Made by a program: the position numbers and the translations under genes. The notes under the pieces were generated by a model, which worked only from the letters and a program-made list of their open reading frames with translations, searched no databases and had not been told where the DNA came from. Source: Thermodesulfobacteriota bacterium (GTDB lineage: Bacteria; Desulfobacterota_D; UBA1144; Nemesobacterales; Mycalebacteriaceae). From it: a DNA stretch of 64,000 bases. This document shows positions 1 to 10,226 of the stretch, in pieces. Every line of letters begins with the position of its first letter. The first letter of the stretch is position 1. Location of the stretch: assembly GCA_965205855.1 (NCBI GenBank), contig OZ242184.1:1337275-1401274 (forward strand), given 5' to 3'.

Positions 1-466
1 CAAAGATGACAAACAACGCCTTAACGACGAGACAATGAAACTCTACACAAGCCACGGAATCAACCCGCTCAGCAGCCTTGGCGGATGCCTGCCGATGCTC
101 GCCCAGATTCCCGTGTTCATAGCGCTTTACTACGGACTGCTCTATTCAATAGAGTTGCGCCACAGTTCTTTTCTGTGGATAGACGATCTGTCTGCGCCCG
201 AAGTTCTTTTCAACATACCCTGGACGTCGGCGCCTTTCAGAATTCTGCCCCTCGCCATGGGGATTTCATGGTGGCTTTCAACAAAACTCACCCCAATGAC
301 TGCGGGCGGCGACATGGCTTCAATGCAGGCGAAAATAATGCAGTTTATGCCCGTTGTATTCACTTTTGTCATGTGGGATTTTCCGTCCGGGCTTGTGCTT
401 TACTGGACGGCAAGCAATGTGCTGAGCGTCGGGCAGCAGTTATATATAAACAGGAGCACCGCCTGA
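1..466 (+). CDS. yidC: Membrane protein insertase YidC (3' part, runs off window start)
   Basis: [30 protein letters not shown] and [10 protein letters not shown] motifs; followed by jag. Confidence 0.95.
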   Translation, partial: KDDKQRLNDETMKLYTSHGINPLSSLGGCLPMLAQIPVFIALYYGLLYSIELRHSSFLWIDDLSAPEVLFNIPWTSAPFRILPLAMGISWWLSTKLTPMTAGGDMASMQAKIMQFMPVVFTFVMWDFPSGLVLYWTASNVLSVGQQLYINRSTA

Positions 467-504
467 GGCGGAAACAAAAAACCGGATAGTCGGAGGAAAT
501 AAAA

Positions 505-1197
505 ATGCGAACAATTGAAAAAGAAGCGGACACGACGGAAGAAGCTTTTGAGAAAGCCCTTCTGGAACTCGGAGCCCGCAGAGACGAAGTTGAAATGGAA
601 GTTTTACAGGAAGCTTCAAGGGGAATTTTCGGAATCGGCAGCAGAAAAGCGAAGGTCAAAATCACCTTAAAAAGCGGGGTCAGCGCGCCGTCTGCGGCGA
701 GCCGTTCTTCCGAAGGGATGCTTGAGGAAGCTGGCAAAGCAACCGGGAAAATTCTGGATATGATGGGAATTGAGCATTCCATGAAAACCTTGGAAACCGA
801 TTCTGCTGTGCAAGTGGATTTGAAAGTTGAAGAGTCTCAGGGCTTGCTCATAGGAAAATACGGGGAAACGCTGAGAAATCTCGAATATGTGGTATCCAGG
901 ATAGTTTCGGTAAAGACGGGACAGCAGTCGGGACAAGGGAAAAGGGTCTCAATAGATATAAACGACTACAAGAGAGAAAGAGAGAAAGAGATTGAGAGAA
1001 AAGCCGTGGAAGCCGCGAAAAAGGTCGTGGGGTCGGGAAGGCCGTTCACCTTCCACAGGATGCAAGCTTACGAGAGAAAGGTTGTCTATACGGCGGTCAG
1101 GAACATGAAAGGAATAAAGTTTGAGACAAAAGAGGACGGTAACGCGAAAAAGATCACATTCCTGCCGGTCGGTGAAGGAAAAGACAACCGGAAGTAG
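505..1197 (+). CDS. jag: Jag/EloR/KhpB RNA-binding protein (Jag_N, KH, R3H-like)
   Basis: EVLQEASRGIFGIGSRKA Jag_N, LLIGKYGETL KH GxxG, DINDYK; position after yidC; GGAGG RBS. Confidence 0.9.
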   Translation: MRTIEKEADTTEEAFEKALLELGARRDEVEMEVLQEASRGIFGIGSRKAKVKITLKSGVSAPSAASRSSEGMLEEAGKATGKILDMMGIEHSMKTLETDSAVQVDLKVEESQGLLIGKYGETLRNLEYVVSRIVSVKTGQQSGQGKRVSIDINDYKREREKEIERKAVEAAKKVVGSGRPFTFHRMQAYERKVVYTAVRNMKGIKFETKEDGNAKKITFLPVGEGKDNRK

Positions 1198-1202
1198 CAG
1201 TT

Positions 1203-1946
1203 TTGAAACGCGAGGCGGAAATCTTCGTTGAAATTGTATCCTCGTCCCGCGGAGGTGCGGCACTTACAGGCGCGGGCATAAGCACGGAATCCGGAATCCC
1301 GGACTACAGATCTCCCGAAAAGGGACTTTGGGAAAAGATGGACCAGTCGGTTGTATCGTTGGACGGGTTTATGAAAGATCCCGCCGCCTATTATTCATAC
1401 GCTCTGGAACTCCATCCCGTGCGCAGTGCGGCAAAGCCGAACGCCGGACATTTTCTTTTTTACGAACTTGAGAACCGAGAAATGATTGGCGGAGTAATAA
1501 CTCAGAATGTGGACGGGCTTCACTTTGAGGCGGGTTCTAAAACCGTGCATGAACTTCACGGCTCTATAAGGGAAACCGTCTGTCTTGAGTGCGGCGGGTT
1601 TGTGCCGATGGACGATGTTATGCGAAGAGTTGCCGGAGGCGAAGTCGCTCCTTTGTGTGAATGCGGCGGGGTTTTGAAGCCCAACGCGGTGTTCTTCGGC
1701 GAGCCGCTGCCCCGTGAGCCGTGGAACAATGCGGTGAAACTTACCGAAAATTCCGATTTGCTCATAGTAGCTGGATCATCGCTTCAGGTAACACCGGCAA
1801 GCACAATACCCCAAATCGCTCTCAGGAAAGGAGCAAAACTGATTATTCTGAATCTTATGGAAACACCCTACGACGATGAAGCCGACCTTGTGGTGAGGGA
1901 GAAAATCGGAGAATTCGCACAGAAAGTGGTCAATATACTTATTTAG
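1203..1946 (+). CDS. cobB: NAD-dependent deacylase, sirtuin family
   Basis: GAGISTESGIPDYR, ITQNVDGLH, HGS, CxxC...CxC Zn site, GSSLQV; TTG start. Confidence 0.92.
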   Translation: MKREAEIFVEIVSSSRGGAALTGAGISTESGIPDYRSPEKGLWEKMDQSVVSLDGFMKDPAAYYSYALELHPVRSAAKPNAGHFLFYELENREMIGGVITQNVDGLHFEAGSKTVHELHGSIRETVCLECGGFVPMDDVMRRVAGGEVAPLCECGGVLKPNAVFFGEPLPREPWNNAVKLTENSDLLIVAGSSLQVTPASTIPQIALRKGAKLIILNLMETPYDDEADLVVREKIGEFAQKVVNILI

Positions 1947-2002
1947 CATATTGCCGCCCTGCTCCACAAAACTCCGTATCCACACGACTACGAATGTCAT
2001 GC

Positions 2003-2036
2003 AAAAAAAAGAGGAGACAACCGCCTCCTCTTTTTT
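2003..2036. terminator. Bidirectional intrinsic terminator between convergent cobB and MaoC genes
   Basis: A8-GAGGAG-acaaccgc-CTCCTC-T6 hairpin. Confidence 0.8.
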
Positions 2037-2060
2037 AACTGAAACCTGAGAAACTCGGGC

Positions 2061-2510
2061 TTACTTCCCGCCTTCCTTTCTTTGCACAAGAATCACCCAT
2101 TTGCCCTTCTGGACAACATCGCCATCCTGATTTACAACATCAAGTTCCCAAATCAAAAAGCCCATGTTGGGTCTTTTGTGCTCGCGTTTTTCGGCAAGGC
2201 GGCGTTTTATTTTGATTGTGTCGCCGAACTTGACCGCGCCGGAAAAGCGCCAGTCCTCAAGCCCCATAAACGCTATTGTGGCGAGTCTGGGCATTGTGAA
2301 CCAAAGCCCGGATGAGATTGAAAGAACACACAAGCCGTGCGCGACACGGGTTTTGAAAACGGTGTTTTTCGCAAACTCCTCGTCTATGTGCATATTGTTG
2401 AAATCGGCGGAAAGGCCCGCAAAATTCATAACATCGGCTTCCGTAACCGTTCTTCCGGTGCTTTCATGCTCTTCACCGACTTCTATGTCTTCATAAAAGA
2501 TCTTTGACAT
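2061..2510 (-). CDS. MaoC-family (R)-hydratase/dehydratase
   Basis: GRTVTEADVMNFAGLSADFNNMHIDEEFA...RVAHG hot-dog hydratase motif. Confidence 0.9.
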   Translation of the reverse strand: MSKIFYEDIEVGEEHESTGRTVTEADVMNFAGLSADFNNMHIDEEFAKNTVFKTRVAHGLCVLSISSGLWFTMPRLATIAFMGLEDWRFSGAVKFGDTIKIKRRLAEKREHKRPNMGFLIWELDVVNQDGDVVQKGKWVILVQRKEGGK

Positions 2511-2530
2511 GACGTTTATACCTCCTGTGT

Positions 2531-2953
2531 TTATCCGGAAACCGGGCGAAACTTCGGAAGGGTTACCTCATCGGTAACATCGTCAAAAACAACCTCAACT
2601 TCCATCCCGATTTTGACATCGTTAACATCGCACTCAACAACGTTGGACATCATCTTCACTCCCTCGTCCAGCTCTATGAGCGCGACAACATAAGCGCCGT
2701 CCTCTTTGTATGCTTTTGTGGGTCCCATGTGGTGAATGGAAAATGTCCACACCTTTCCTCTTCCCGGAGATTTCACCCACTCAATGTCGGCGCTCATATC
2801 ATCCCCCGGGGAGAACGCCCGCGGGTAAAAGAAAAACTCCCCGCTCTGCTTTGATTTAGGAAGCATAAGCGCGTGCTTTCTGCATCCATCCCAGTAGGGT
2901 TTTGTTTCCGGACGAAACTCTGGAAGCGGTTTTGCATATTTGTTTTCAGACAT
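2531..2953 (-). CDS. DUF35 / ChsH2-C-like OB-fold protein
   Basis: PETKPYWDG, GRGKVWTFS, YVVALIELDEGVKMMSNVV, IGMEVEVVF; lies next to a thiolase-like gene. Confidence 0.88.
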   Translation of the reverse strand: MSENKYAKPLPEFRPETKPYWDGCRKHALMLPKSKQSGEFFFYPRAFSPGDDMSADIEWVKSPGRGKVWTFSIHHMGPTKAYKEDGAYVVALIELDEGVKMMSNVVECDVNDVKIGMEVEVVFDDVTDEVTLPKFRPVSG

Positions 2954-2989
2954 TTTTCAAATTCCTCCTGATTAGTAAAAACACCCCTG

Positions 2990-4198
2990 TCAGTTGAGCG
3001 GCTGATTGCCCAAAAGTATGGTGCTGTGAGCGGAAACAATACCGCCGTTGCCGTGAACAAGCGCGACTTCCGCGCCGTCAATCTGCCTCTTGCCCGCCGC
3101 GCCGCGAAGTTGAAGGGTCGCCTCAACAACATGGTGCATCGCGCCGAGGTGTGCCTGAGAGAGAAGACCCCCGTGCGTGTTGACCGGCAGGTCTTTTCCT
3201 TTTTCCATTCTGCCTTCAAGTGCAAAAGGCCCGCCCTCTCCGGGTTTGACAAATCCGAGACCTTCAAGTTCAAGAAGAACCGTTATCGTAAAGCAGTCGT
3301 AAAGAAAGGCGACATCAACATCACCGGTGCCTACCCCCGCCGTGCCGAACGCTTTGTCGCCGGAAGTTTTGACCGCATTGTATATCTGGCCGAGGTCGTG
3401 AAGCGTGGTCAGATACTGGTGAGAATACCCCTGTCCCATTCCCCACATATAGGCGAGTTTGTTCTGTATGCCGAGCTCCTTCGCCTTGTCTTCGGTGGTA
3501 ACGATAAAAGCGCAACCGCCGTCCGAGATAATTGAGCAATCATACTTTGTCAGCGGCTCCGCTATGACGCGCGACTCAAGAACGTCCTCAATGGAAAGGG
3601 GCTCTTTGTTCATGGCGTTTTCCTTGTCCGCCGCGTGTTTTCTCATTGTTGTGGCAACCGCCGCGAGATGCTCCCTGCTGTTGCCGTATTCGTGCAGATA
3701 CCTCTGTGCCGCAAGCGCGTATCCGCCCGGTGTCGTAAGCCCGTATGGAAACTCAAACTCCGCGTGGCACATCTCTCTTACAAGAGCGAGCATTCCCGAA
3801 GACGATATTCCCGAAAGGGTGTTGTCTCCCCTTACGCACAGGACAACCTCCGCCTGACCCGAAGCGATTGCCATTGCCGCCTCCGCAGCCATCCAGACGG
3901 CAGTTGAGCCGCCAACGGCTATTGAAGAAAAGAATTTCGGGTTCATGCCGAAGTAGTCGGCAAAAGTGGTGCAATGCATAAAGGTCTGTTCCACAAGCGA
4001 AAACGCCGTTACAAGACCGTCAACATCATTTTTTTTAATTCCGGCGTCTTCTATTGCGAGTTTTGACGCCTCCGAGAGAAAATGGAATGAACTTTTGTCG
4101 GGAATTTTTCCCTGTTCCGTCTCGCCGACTCCAGCGATGACAATTTTGTGTTTTTTAAGAACCTCACGGGCTTCTTTCATACCGAGTTCCGCACTCAT
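2990..4198 (-). CDS. Thiolase-like protein (SCP-x/Ltp2 type)
   Basis: IAGVGET, DCSIISDGGCA, LYDCFT, VNTHGGLLS; start placed at MSAELG after a GGGGGAG RBS. Confidence 0.88.
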   Translation of the reverse strand: MSAELGMKEAREVLKKHKIVIAGVGETEQGKIPDKSSFHFLSEASKLAIEDAGIKKNDVDGLVTAFSLVEQTFMHCTTFADYFGMNPKFFSSIAVGGSTAVWMAAEAAMAIASGQAEVVLCVRGDNTLSGISSSGMLALVREMCHAEFEFPYGLTTPGGYALAAQRYLHEYGNSREHLAAVATTMRKHAADKENAMNKEPLSIEDVLESRVIAEPLTKYDCSIISDGGCAFIVTTEDKAKELGIQNKLAYMWGMGQGYSHQYLTTLHDLGQIYNAVKTSGDKAFGTAGVGTGDVDVAFLYDCFTITVLLELEGLGFVKPGEGGPFALEGRMEKGKDLPVNTHGGLLSQAHLGAMHHVVEATLQLRGAAGKRQIDGAEVALVHGNGGIVSAHSTILLGNQPLN

Positions 4199-4284
4199 AA
4201 CTCTACTCCCCCTTGTTTTGAATAAGCAGTTTTTTATACTACAATGGACGCAATGAATGTCAAACAAACGGGAGAACGCGCAAA

Positions 4285-4569
4285 ATGGCTGTTATGAACA
4301 GACTTGAAGTTCAAAAGCGGATAAAGAAACTGAGCGGCGAATGGAAAGCCGGCAAAACAAGCATTTACTCGAATTTCACTCTGGGTAACTTCTCCGAAGC
4401 CCTCGCCTTTGTAACCCGTGTGGGAATTGAGGCGGAAAAGGCAAACCACCACCCGGACATCCTTATGCACGGCTGGAAGAAGGTTAAAATCACGCTTTCC
4501 ACTCACAGCGAGGGCGGGGTTACAAAAAAAGACTTCGCGCTTGCGGAGAAAATATCAAAACTGTTGTGA
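4285..4569 (+). CDS. phhB: Pterin-4-alpha-carbinolamine dehydratase
   Basis: AEKANHHPDI and LSTHSEGGVTKKDF motifs. Confidence 0.92.
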   Translation: MAVMNRLEVQKRIKKLSGEWKAGKTSIYSNFTLGNFSEALAFVTRVGIEAEKANHHPDILMHGWKKVKITLSTHSEGGVTKKDFALAEKISKLL

Positions 4570-4579
4570 CAGAGGGCAA

Positions 4580-4864
4580 ATAAAGCTTTCATCGGTAAAC
4601 TATGTATCAATAACGGTGACAACCATAGCGACGTTTGCGCTCGGCGCAGTCTGGTATAACTGGGGCCCGGTTTGAAGTTTAAAACTATCAGAGATGCCTT
4701 CAAAACTGAGTTTCCTCATCGGAGCGGTGGTAAGAGCGGTAATAGTAAAACACCACTGGGGTGGGCTTCTGAAAATTGCAACCGCGATTGATGTGGGTTA
4801 TTCGTATGTGAGCGTTTTGATTTTCTCACTGTTTGCGTGTTTGTGGGGCAAAGCCTCCACCTGA
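4580..4864 (+). pseudogene. Degraded DUF1761-like small membrane protein
   Basis: GAGGG RBS then ATA (lost start) IKLSSVNYVSITVTTIATFALGAVWY, early stop; later fragment IDVGYSYVSVLIFSLFACLWGK resembles the family C-terminus. Confidence 0.5.
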
Positions 4865-4880
4865 TCCGCCGCAATACGAT

Positions 4881-5180
4881 ATGGTCGTTTTAAGTTTTAT
4901 TATTTTTATGGCGCTTTTCCTCGGGATAGGTCTGTTTGTGTACCTGCGCTCAAAAAACAGCGATAACGACTACTTGCTTGCGGACAGGTAGATGCCGCCT
5001 TCCCTTACCGCTCTGCCGGCCGCCTCAACCAGCCACAGCGGTTTCCGGTTCACGACGATGATAGGTTTTGTCTAAGGAGTTTATCCGAAAGTGCGCGAAA
5101 TTTCGGAAGCCGGAGTTCAGGCACCTTTTCAGACCTCCTCGCACGCTGGACGGGCGAACGATATGCCCTATTTGCAAGAG
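4881..5180 (+). pseudogene. Sodium:solute symporter (PutP-like) 5' remnant
   Basis: MVVLSFIIFMALFLGIGLFVYLRSKNSDNDYLLADR*MPPSLTALPAASTSHSGF with in-frame TAG at 4989 and TAA at 5073; later fragment TFSDLLARWTG; 3' end approximate. Confidence 0.7.
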
Positions 5181-5283
5181 AATTGGTGAAAACTTCTCTG
5201 AGCAAAAGAAACTGTACTACAGTTTGACCTTGTTTATCCTATCCATCAATAAGCCACAATCTATGGATGGGAAATAAAAAAAC

Positions 5284-8040
5284 CTAACTACCGCAACACT
5301 TCTTAAACTTCTTCCCGCTCCCGCACGGGCACGGGTCGTTTCTGCCAACTTTTTTCTCCACTCTGCGCACTGGAGTAGCGACCTGCGGAGCGGATGGAAT
5401 AGCGGATTCTCCCATCCCGCCGGATGACAACACCAAATCCTGCGGCTCCGGTATCTGGTCTTCAAGGGTCGGGATTTCCTCACTTGCCAGCTGGACACTG
5501 AAAAACTTGGAGCAAATCTCCTCTTCGTAGGTGTCAATCAGGGTTGAAAACATATCAAAACCATCGTTTTTATACTCGTAAAGCGGGTCTTTCTGAGCAT
5601 AGCCACGAAGCCCTATTCCCTCTCTCAAGTGGTCCATTGCAAGCAGGTGGTCTTTCCACAGATAGTCAATGGTTTGAAGCATTATGAATTTTTTTATATC
5701 TATAATGTTTTCCGCGCCTATGTCGGCTTCTTTTTCCGCATAACGTTCCATCACCAGATATTCAAGATTGCTCGACGGCCGCTTTTCGCCGAAATTAAAA
5801 ATGCTCTGCGCCTCTTTTATTACGGCTTCAGAGTCCTTTCCGGCGGCGGATATTTCCGCGGACAGGTCTTCGGAGAGTTTTTTCACTATTGAAAGAAAAT
5901 TCTCTTTAAGCGCTTCGCCGCCTTCAAGAATTTCCCGGCGCATTTTGTAAACGACTTCTCTCTGAGTGTTCAGCACATCATCGTAATCAAGCAGGTGCTT
6001 TCTTATGTCAAAGTTGCGGCTTTCCACCTTCTTCTGCGCGGACTCTATAACGCGGGTCATCATCCCGTGCTCCATCGGAACGCCCTCCTCCCAGCCGACC
6101 ATATCCATGATTGAAGAAATCCTTTCGGACGCGAAAATCCTCATAAGCGGGTCTTCAAGCGATATGTAGAAACGCGAAGAACCGGGGTCTCCCTGACGCC
6201 CCGAACGGCCTCTGAGCTGGTTGTCTATACGCCTTGACTCGTGCCTTTCCGAGCCGATTATGTGAAGTCCGCCGAGATCAACAACTTCTTTCCTTCCGGC
6301 TTCGGCGACCGTCTGGGCTTCGGCAATGGATTTCTCCCGTTCGTCTTCCCCGCCGTTTTTCACCATATCTGCCGCGAGAAACTCCGGATTTCCGCCAAGC
6401 ACAATGTCGGTGCCGCGTCCTGCCATGTTGGTTGCAATCGTAACCGCGCCCTTCCTTCCCGCCTGCGCCACAATCTCCGCCTCTTTCGCGTGGTTTTTCG
6501 CATTCAGAACCTTATGCGCAATTTCGTGTTTGCTGAGATGTCCCGATATTTTCTCCGACTGCTCAATGGAAGTCGTCCCGACAAGAACAGGCCTGCCGAG
6601 CGCGTTCAACTCCCTGATTTCAGAGCATATAGCCTCCGTTTTTTCACTATCGGTTTTATAGATCACATCGTCAGAATCGTCTCTCACCATATCCTTGTGT
6701 GTCGGAATGACCGTAACATTTAGTTTGTATATCTTTTGAAACTCAAACGCCTCGGTATCTGCGGTTCCGGTCATCCCCGCAAGTTTGTCATACATCCTGA
6801 AATAGTTCTGAAGCGTTATTGTCGCAAGCGTCTGATTCTCCTGCTCTATGTCCGCATTCTCTTTCGCCTCAACCGCCTGATGAAGCCCGTCGCTCCATCT
6901 TCTTCCTTCCATAAGCCGCCCCGTGAACTCGTCAACTATCACCACCTTGCCATCCCGCACCATGTAGTCTACATCCCTGTGGAACAGATGCCGAGCCCGG
7001 ATAGACTGATTGACGCAGTGCAGCATCTCAAGGTTGGCGGGGTCGTAAAGGTTTGTTATCCCGAACGCGGACTCCACCTTTGAAATCCCGCTTTCGTATA
7101 ACTCTGTCCTGCGGTTTTTTTCATCAACGGAGAAGTCCTTTCCTTTCTCAAGCGGCTCCACAATGCGGTCTGTTTTATGGTAGATATTCGTTGAGCCGCC
7201 CGACGGCCCCGAAATGATAAGCGGCGTGCGCGCCTCGTCTATGAGAATGCTGTCAACCTCGTCAACAATGGCGAAAAAATGCTCCCTCTGAACATATTCC
7301 TCAAGGGAAAACCCCATGTTGTCCCGTAGATAGTCAAAGCCGAACTCGTTGTTTGTTCCGTAGGTAATATCACAGGCATACGCCTCTTTTCTTGAACACG
7401 GGACAAGTTTCCCTTTGAAAGCCGCCGCGGCTTCGGGATTTTTCCCGCTTGAGACACCCGTCTCATCTCCGACCCAGACCGACAGGTTTTCACTCAAAGC
7501 CCGCGCTGCGTTTTCGGGGTTTTCCCACTCAACGCGGTAGGATTCCCGTGCGTTTATGACCCCGACCGCAAGACCCAGCATTTTATATGCGGGACCCATC
7601 CACAGGGCGTCTCTCCCGGCAAGGTAGTCATTGACCGTAACAAGGTGCGCTCCTTTTCCCGCAATGGCGTTCAGATACAAAGCGGGGACAGCGACAAGGG
7701 TTTTTCCCTCGCCCGTTTTCATCTCCGCGACCTCGCCTCTGTGAAGAACAAGTGCGCCGATAATCTGCACATCAAAGTGTCTCATTCCGAGAGCGCGTCG
7801 GGCCGCCTCGCGCACAAGGGCAAATGCTTCGGCAACAACGGAATCAAAGGTCTTTTTCAGGTCCGCGTCCGGGTCCTCAAACCGCGCCCGCAACTCCGCC
7901 GTTTTTTCCGCAAATTGCGCGTTTGAAAGAGCGGAGACCTCCGCCTCAAGAGCGTTCACGCTCTCCACAACGGAATACATCTTCCGCACCCGTCTGTCGT
8001 TCTGGGTTCCGACTATTTTTTTGAAGAATTTGCCAAACAC
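5284..8040 (-). CDS. secA: Preprotein translocase ATPase SecA
   Basis: MKTGEGKT, DEVDSILIDEARTPLIISG, QLRGRSGRQGDPG, C-terminal GRNDPCPCGSGKKFKKCC. Confidence 0.98.
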   Translation of the reverse strand: MFGKFFKKIVGTQNDRRVRKMYSVVESVNALEAEVSALSNAQFAEKTAELRARFEDPDADLKKTFDSVVAEAFALVREAARRALGMRHFDVQIIGALVLHRGEVAEMKTGEGKTLVAVPALYLNAIAGKGAHLVTVNDYLAGRDALWMGPAYKMLGLAVGVINARESYRVEWENPENAARALSENLSVWVGDETGVSSGKNPEAAAAFKGKLVPCSRKEAYACDITYGTNNEFGFDYLRDNMGFSLEEYVQREHFFAIVDEVDSILIDEARTPLIISGPSGGSTNIYHKTDRIVEPLEKGKDFSVDEKNRRTELYESGISKVESAFGITNLYDPANLEMLHCVNQSIRARHLFHRDVDYMVRDGKVVIVDEFTGRLMEGRRWSDGLHQAVEAKENADIEQENQTLATITLQNYFRMYDKLAGMTGTADTEAFEFQKIYKLNVTVIPTHKDMVRDDSDDVIYKTDSEKTEAICSEIRELNALGRPVLVGTTSIEQSEKISGHLSKHEIAHKVLNAKNHAKEAEIVAQAGRKGAVTIATNMAGRGTDIVLGGNPEFLAADMVKNGGEDEREKSIAEAQTVAEAGRKEVVDLGGLHIIGSERHESRRIDNQLRGRSGRQGDPGSSRFYISLEDPLMRIFASERISSIMDMVGWEEGVPMEHGMMTRVIESAQKKVESRNFDIRKHLLDYDDVLNTQREVVYKMRREILEGGEALKENFLSIVKKLSEDLSAEISAAGKDSEAVIKEAQSIFNFGEKRPSSNLEYLVMERYAEKEADIGAENIIDIKKFIMLQTIDYLWKDHLLAMDHLREGIGLRGYAQKDPLYEYKNDGFDMFSTLIDTYEEEICSKFFSVQLASEEIPTLEDQIPEPQDLVLSSGGMGESAIPSAPQVATPVRRVEKKVGRNDPCPCGSGKKFKKCCGS

Positions 8041-8157
8041 TGGGGTATTAGTTTATCACATTCGTTTAGGTCATTTCCGCGTGAAAGCGTTATTGAAACT
8101 GTCCAAGTAACCGGACTCTTGAAAACACACTGGCAACTTTACGGTTAAAGTTTTAAG

Positions 8158-10146
8158 ATGGAGAGAGCGTATTATTCAAATGGTATTTCCGAATTTATTG
8201 AAGAGAGCAAAGACTCCATTATCGGCAAACTTGCCCAGGGCGGCACATTCGACATAACTCAGCCCCAACGCAAAGCATGGAGCGAGGAGATAGACATTGT
8301 AAAAAACACGGTAAGGCATTATTACGGTAACGGAAAAGTCTATTTTGAGTATGAAATTCCAAGACTTGGCGGACGAATTGATGTCCTTGTTTTGATTCGC
8401 GGCGTTATTTTTGTAATTGAGTTTAAGGTAGGGGCAAGTGAGTTTTCAAACTCGGCGATTAACCAAGTGTGCGACTACTCTTTAGACCTCAAAAACTTTC
8501 ATAAAACAAGCCATGGGGCAATGGTTGCACCAATTTTGGTTGCAACAGAGGCAAAAAGCACAATATGTTCCACAAGCAAAAAAGTGCACGAAGACAAACT
8601 TCTGTACACGACACTTACAAACGCGGAAAATCTTCCCGATGTCATAGCCGAAACTTTGAAATTTGCGGATAATGAGCAAAAAATAGACTCCAATCTTTGG
8701 GAAGTCGGTCGTTACAGCCCAACACCCACTATTATTGAAGCAGCAACGGCGCTTTATAGAGGACATTCGGTTGAGGAGATTTCCCGTAGCGAGAGCGGAG
8801 AGAACTTGACCAGAACATCCAAAACGATTGCAAACATAATTGAGTTAGCAAGGAACAATTCGCATAAATCCATCTGCTTTGTTACGGGCGTGCCAGGGGC
8901 TGGCAAAACCCTTGTCGGACTTGATATTGCAACAAAATACATAGACAAAGAAAGCGATCTTTACAGTGTTTTTCTATCGGGAAACGGGCCTTTGGTAAAA
9001 ATACTGCGCGAGGCTCTGGCACAAGATAAGGTGAGGCACCAAAAAGAAATCGGCAATTCCAAAAGCACACTTGGTAAAGCTCGTACCCAGGTTAAAACCT
9101 TCATACAAAATGTGCATAACTTCCGCGATGAATACATAAAAGACCAAGAAGCACCTCTTGAGCATGTGGCAATTTTTGACGAAGCCCAACGCGCATGGAA
9201 TTTGCAACAAACCTCAAATTTTATGAAGCGCAGAAAAAACATTGACAATTTTGACTTTTCAGAACCGGAGTTTTTAATTTCGTGTCTGGACAGACACACA
9301 GATTGGGCGACTATTATCTGCTTGGTCGGGGGAGGACAGGAAATTAACACAGGAGAGTCGGGAATAAGCGAATGGATTGCGGCCATCTGTAATAAATTTC
9401 CAGAATGGCATATCTATATTTCCCCCCATTTGAAAGACGGCGAATATAAAGTCGCCCACCAACTTTTAAATTTGAAAGACAAAGTGAGTGTGGAGAAAAA
9501 AGACGAGTTGCATTTATCCGTATCTATGAGGTCTTTTCGCGCTGAAAATGTCTCATCACTTGTCGGGCAACTGCTGGATTTGGAAACAGACTGCGCAAAG
9601 CAAACACTTGCCGAAATAAGCCCTCATCAGTATCCAATTTTTCTGACGCGCGATCTGAATACCGCAAAAAATTGGCTTCGCGGCAAGGCGCGCGGCTCCG
9701 AACGTTATGGAATTATGGTTTCTTCACGCGCGGCAAGGCTGAAACCTTACGCCGTTGATATCAGACCCAAAGTTGACCCGATTCACTGGTTCCTTAAGTC
9801 CAAAGAAGATGTCCGTTCTTCCTATTATCTTGAGGATGTTGTAACCGAGTTTGATACTCAGGGCTTGGAAATAGATTGGACTTGTGTAGCTTGGGATGCC
9901 GATTTTCGTTATACGCCACAAGGGTGGGAAAATTGGTCGTTTAAAAAGGGGAAATGCTGGAACCGTGTAAGCAAACCCGAACTGCAAAATTACCAAAAAA
10001 ACGCATACCGTGTTCTTCTCACACGTGCACGACAAGGGATGGTAATAGTTGTCCCCGAAGGCAGTTCCGAAGACCCGACACGCGACAAATCTTACTATAA
10101 CCCCACATTTAATTACCTTCGGGAAATCGGCTTCAAGGTTATTTAG
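8158..10146 (+). CDS. DUF2075 (Schlafen group 3-like) helicase with N-terminal PD-(D/E)xK-like domain
   Basis: RIDVLV...VIEFK, Walker [36 protein letters not shown]. Confidence 0.85.
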   Translation: MERAYYSNGISEFIEESKDSIIGKLAQGGTFDITQPQRKAWSEEIDIVKNTVRHYYGNGKVYFEYEIPRLGGRIDVLVLIRGVIFVIEFKVGASEFSNSAINQVCDYSLDLKNFHKTSHGAMVAPILVATEAKSTICSTSKKVHEDKLLYTTLTNAENLPDVIAETLKFADNEQKIDSNLWEVGRYSPTPTIIEAATALYRGHSVEEISRSESGENLTRTSKTIANIIELARNNSHKSICFVTGVPGAGKTLVGLDIATKYIDKESDLYSVFLSGNGPLVKILREALAQDKVRHQKEIGNSKSTLGKARTQVKTFIQNVHNFRDEYIKDQEAPLEHVAIFDEAQRAWNLQQTSNFMKRRKNIDNFDFSEPEFLISCLDRHTDWATIICLVGGGQEINTGESGISEWIAAICNKFPEWHIYISPHLKDGEYKVAHQLLNLKDKVSVEKKDELHLSVSMRSFRAENVSSLVGQLLDLETDCAKQTLAEISPHQYPIFLTRDLNTAKNWLRGKARGSERYGIMVSSRAARLKPYAVDIRPKVDPIHWFLKSKEDVRSSYYLEDVVTEFDTQGLEIDWTCVAWDADFRYTPQGWENWSFKKGKCWNRVSKPELQNYQKNAYRVLLTRARQGMVIVVPEGSSEDPTRDKSYYNPTFNYLREIGFKVI

Positions 10147-10169
10147 TTTTACCCGGCTATTATCCAGAT

Positions 10170-10201
10170 AACCGGAAATCCATAAATATGGATTTCCGGT
10201 T
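10170..10201. terminator. Perfect 15-bp-arm inverted repeat between convergent DUF2075 and smc
   Basis: AACCGGAAATCCATA-aa-TATGGATTTCCGGTT followed by a T run. Confidence 0.7.
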
Positions 10202-10226
10202 TTGAGACAATAGCTGAAAGTAAAAA

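Noticed and set aside
4989-4991. TAG readthrough (pyrrolysine or recoding) in the symporter fragment
   Set aside because: A second stop and a large truncation follow, and TAG ends normal genes in this window, so decay is the simpler explanation.
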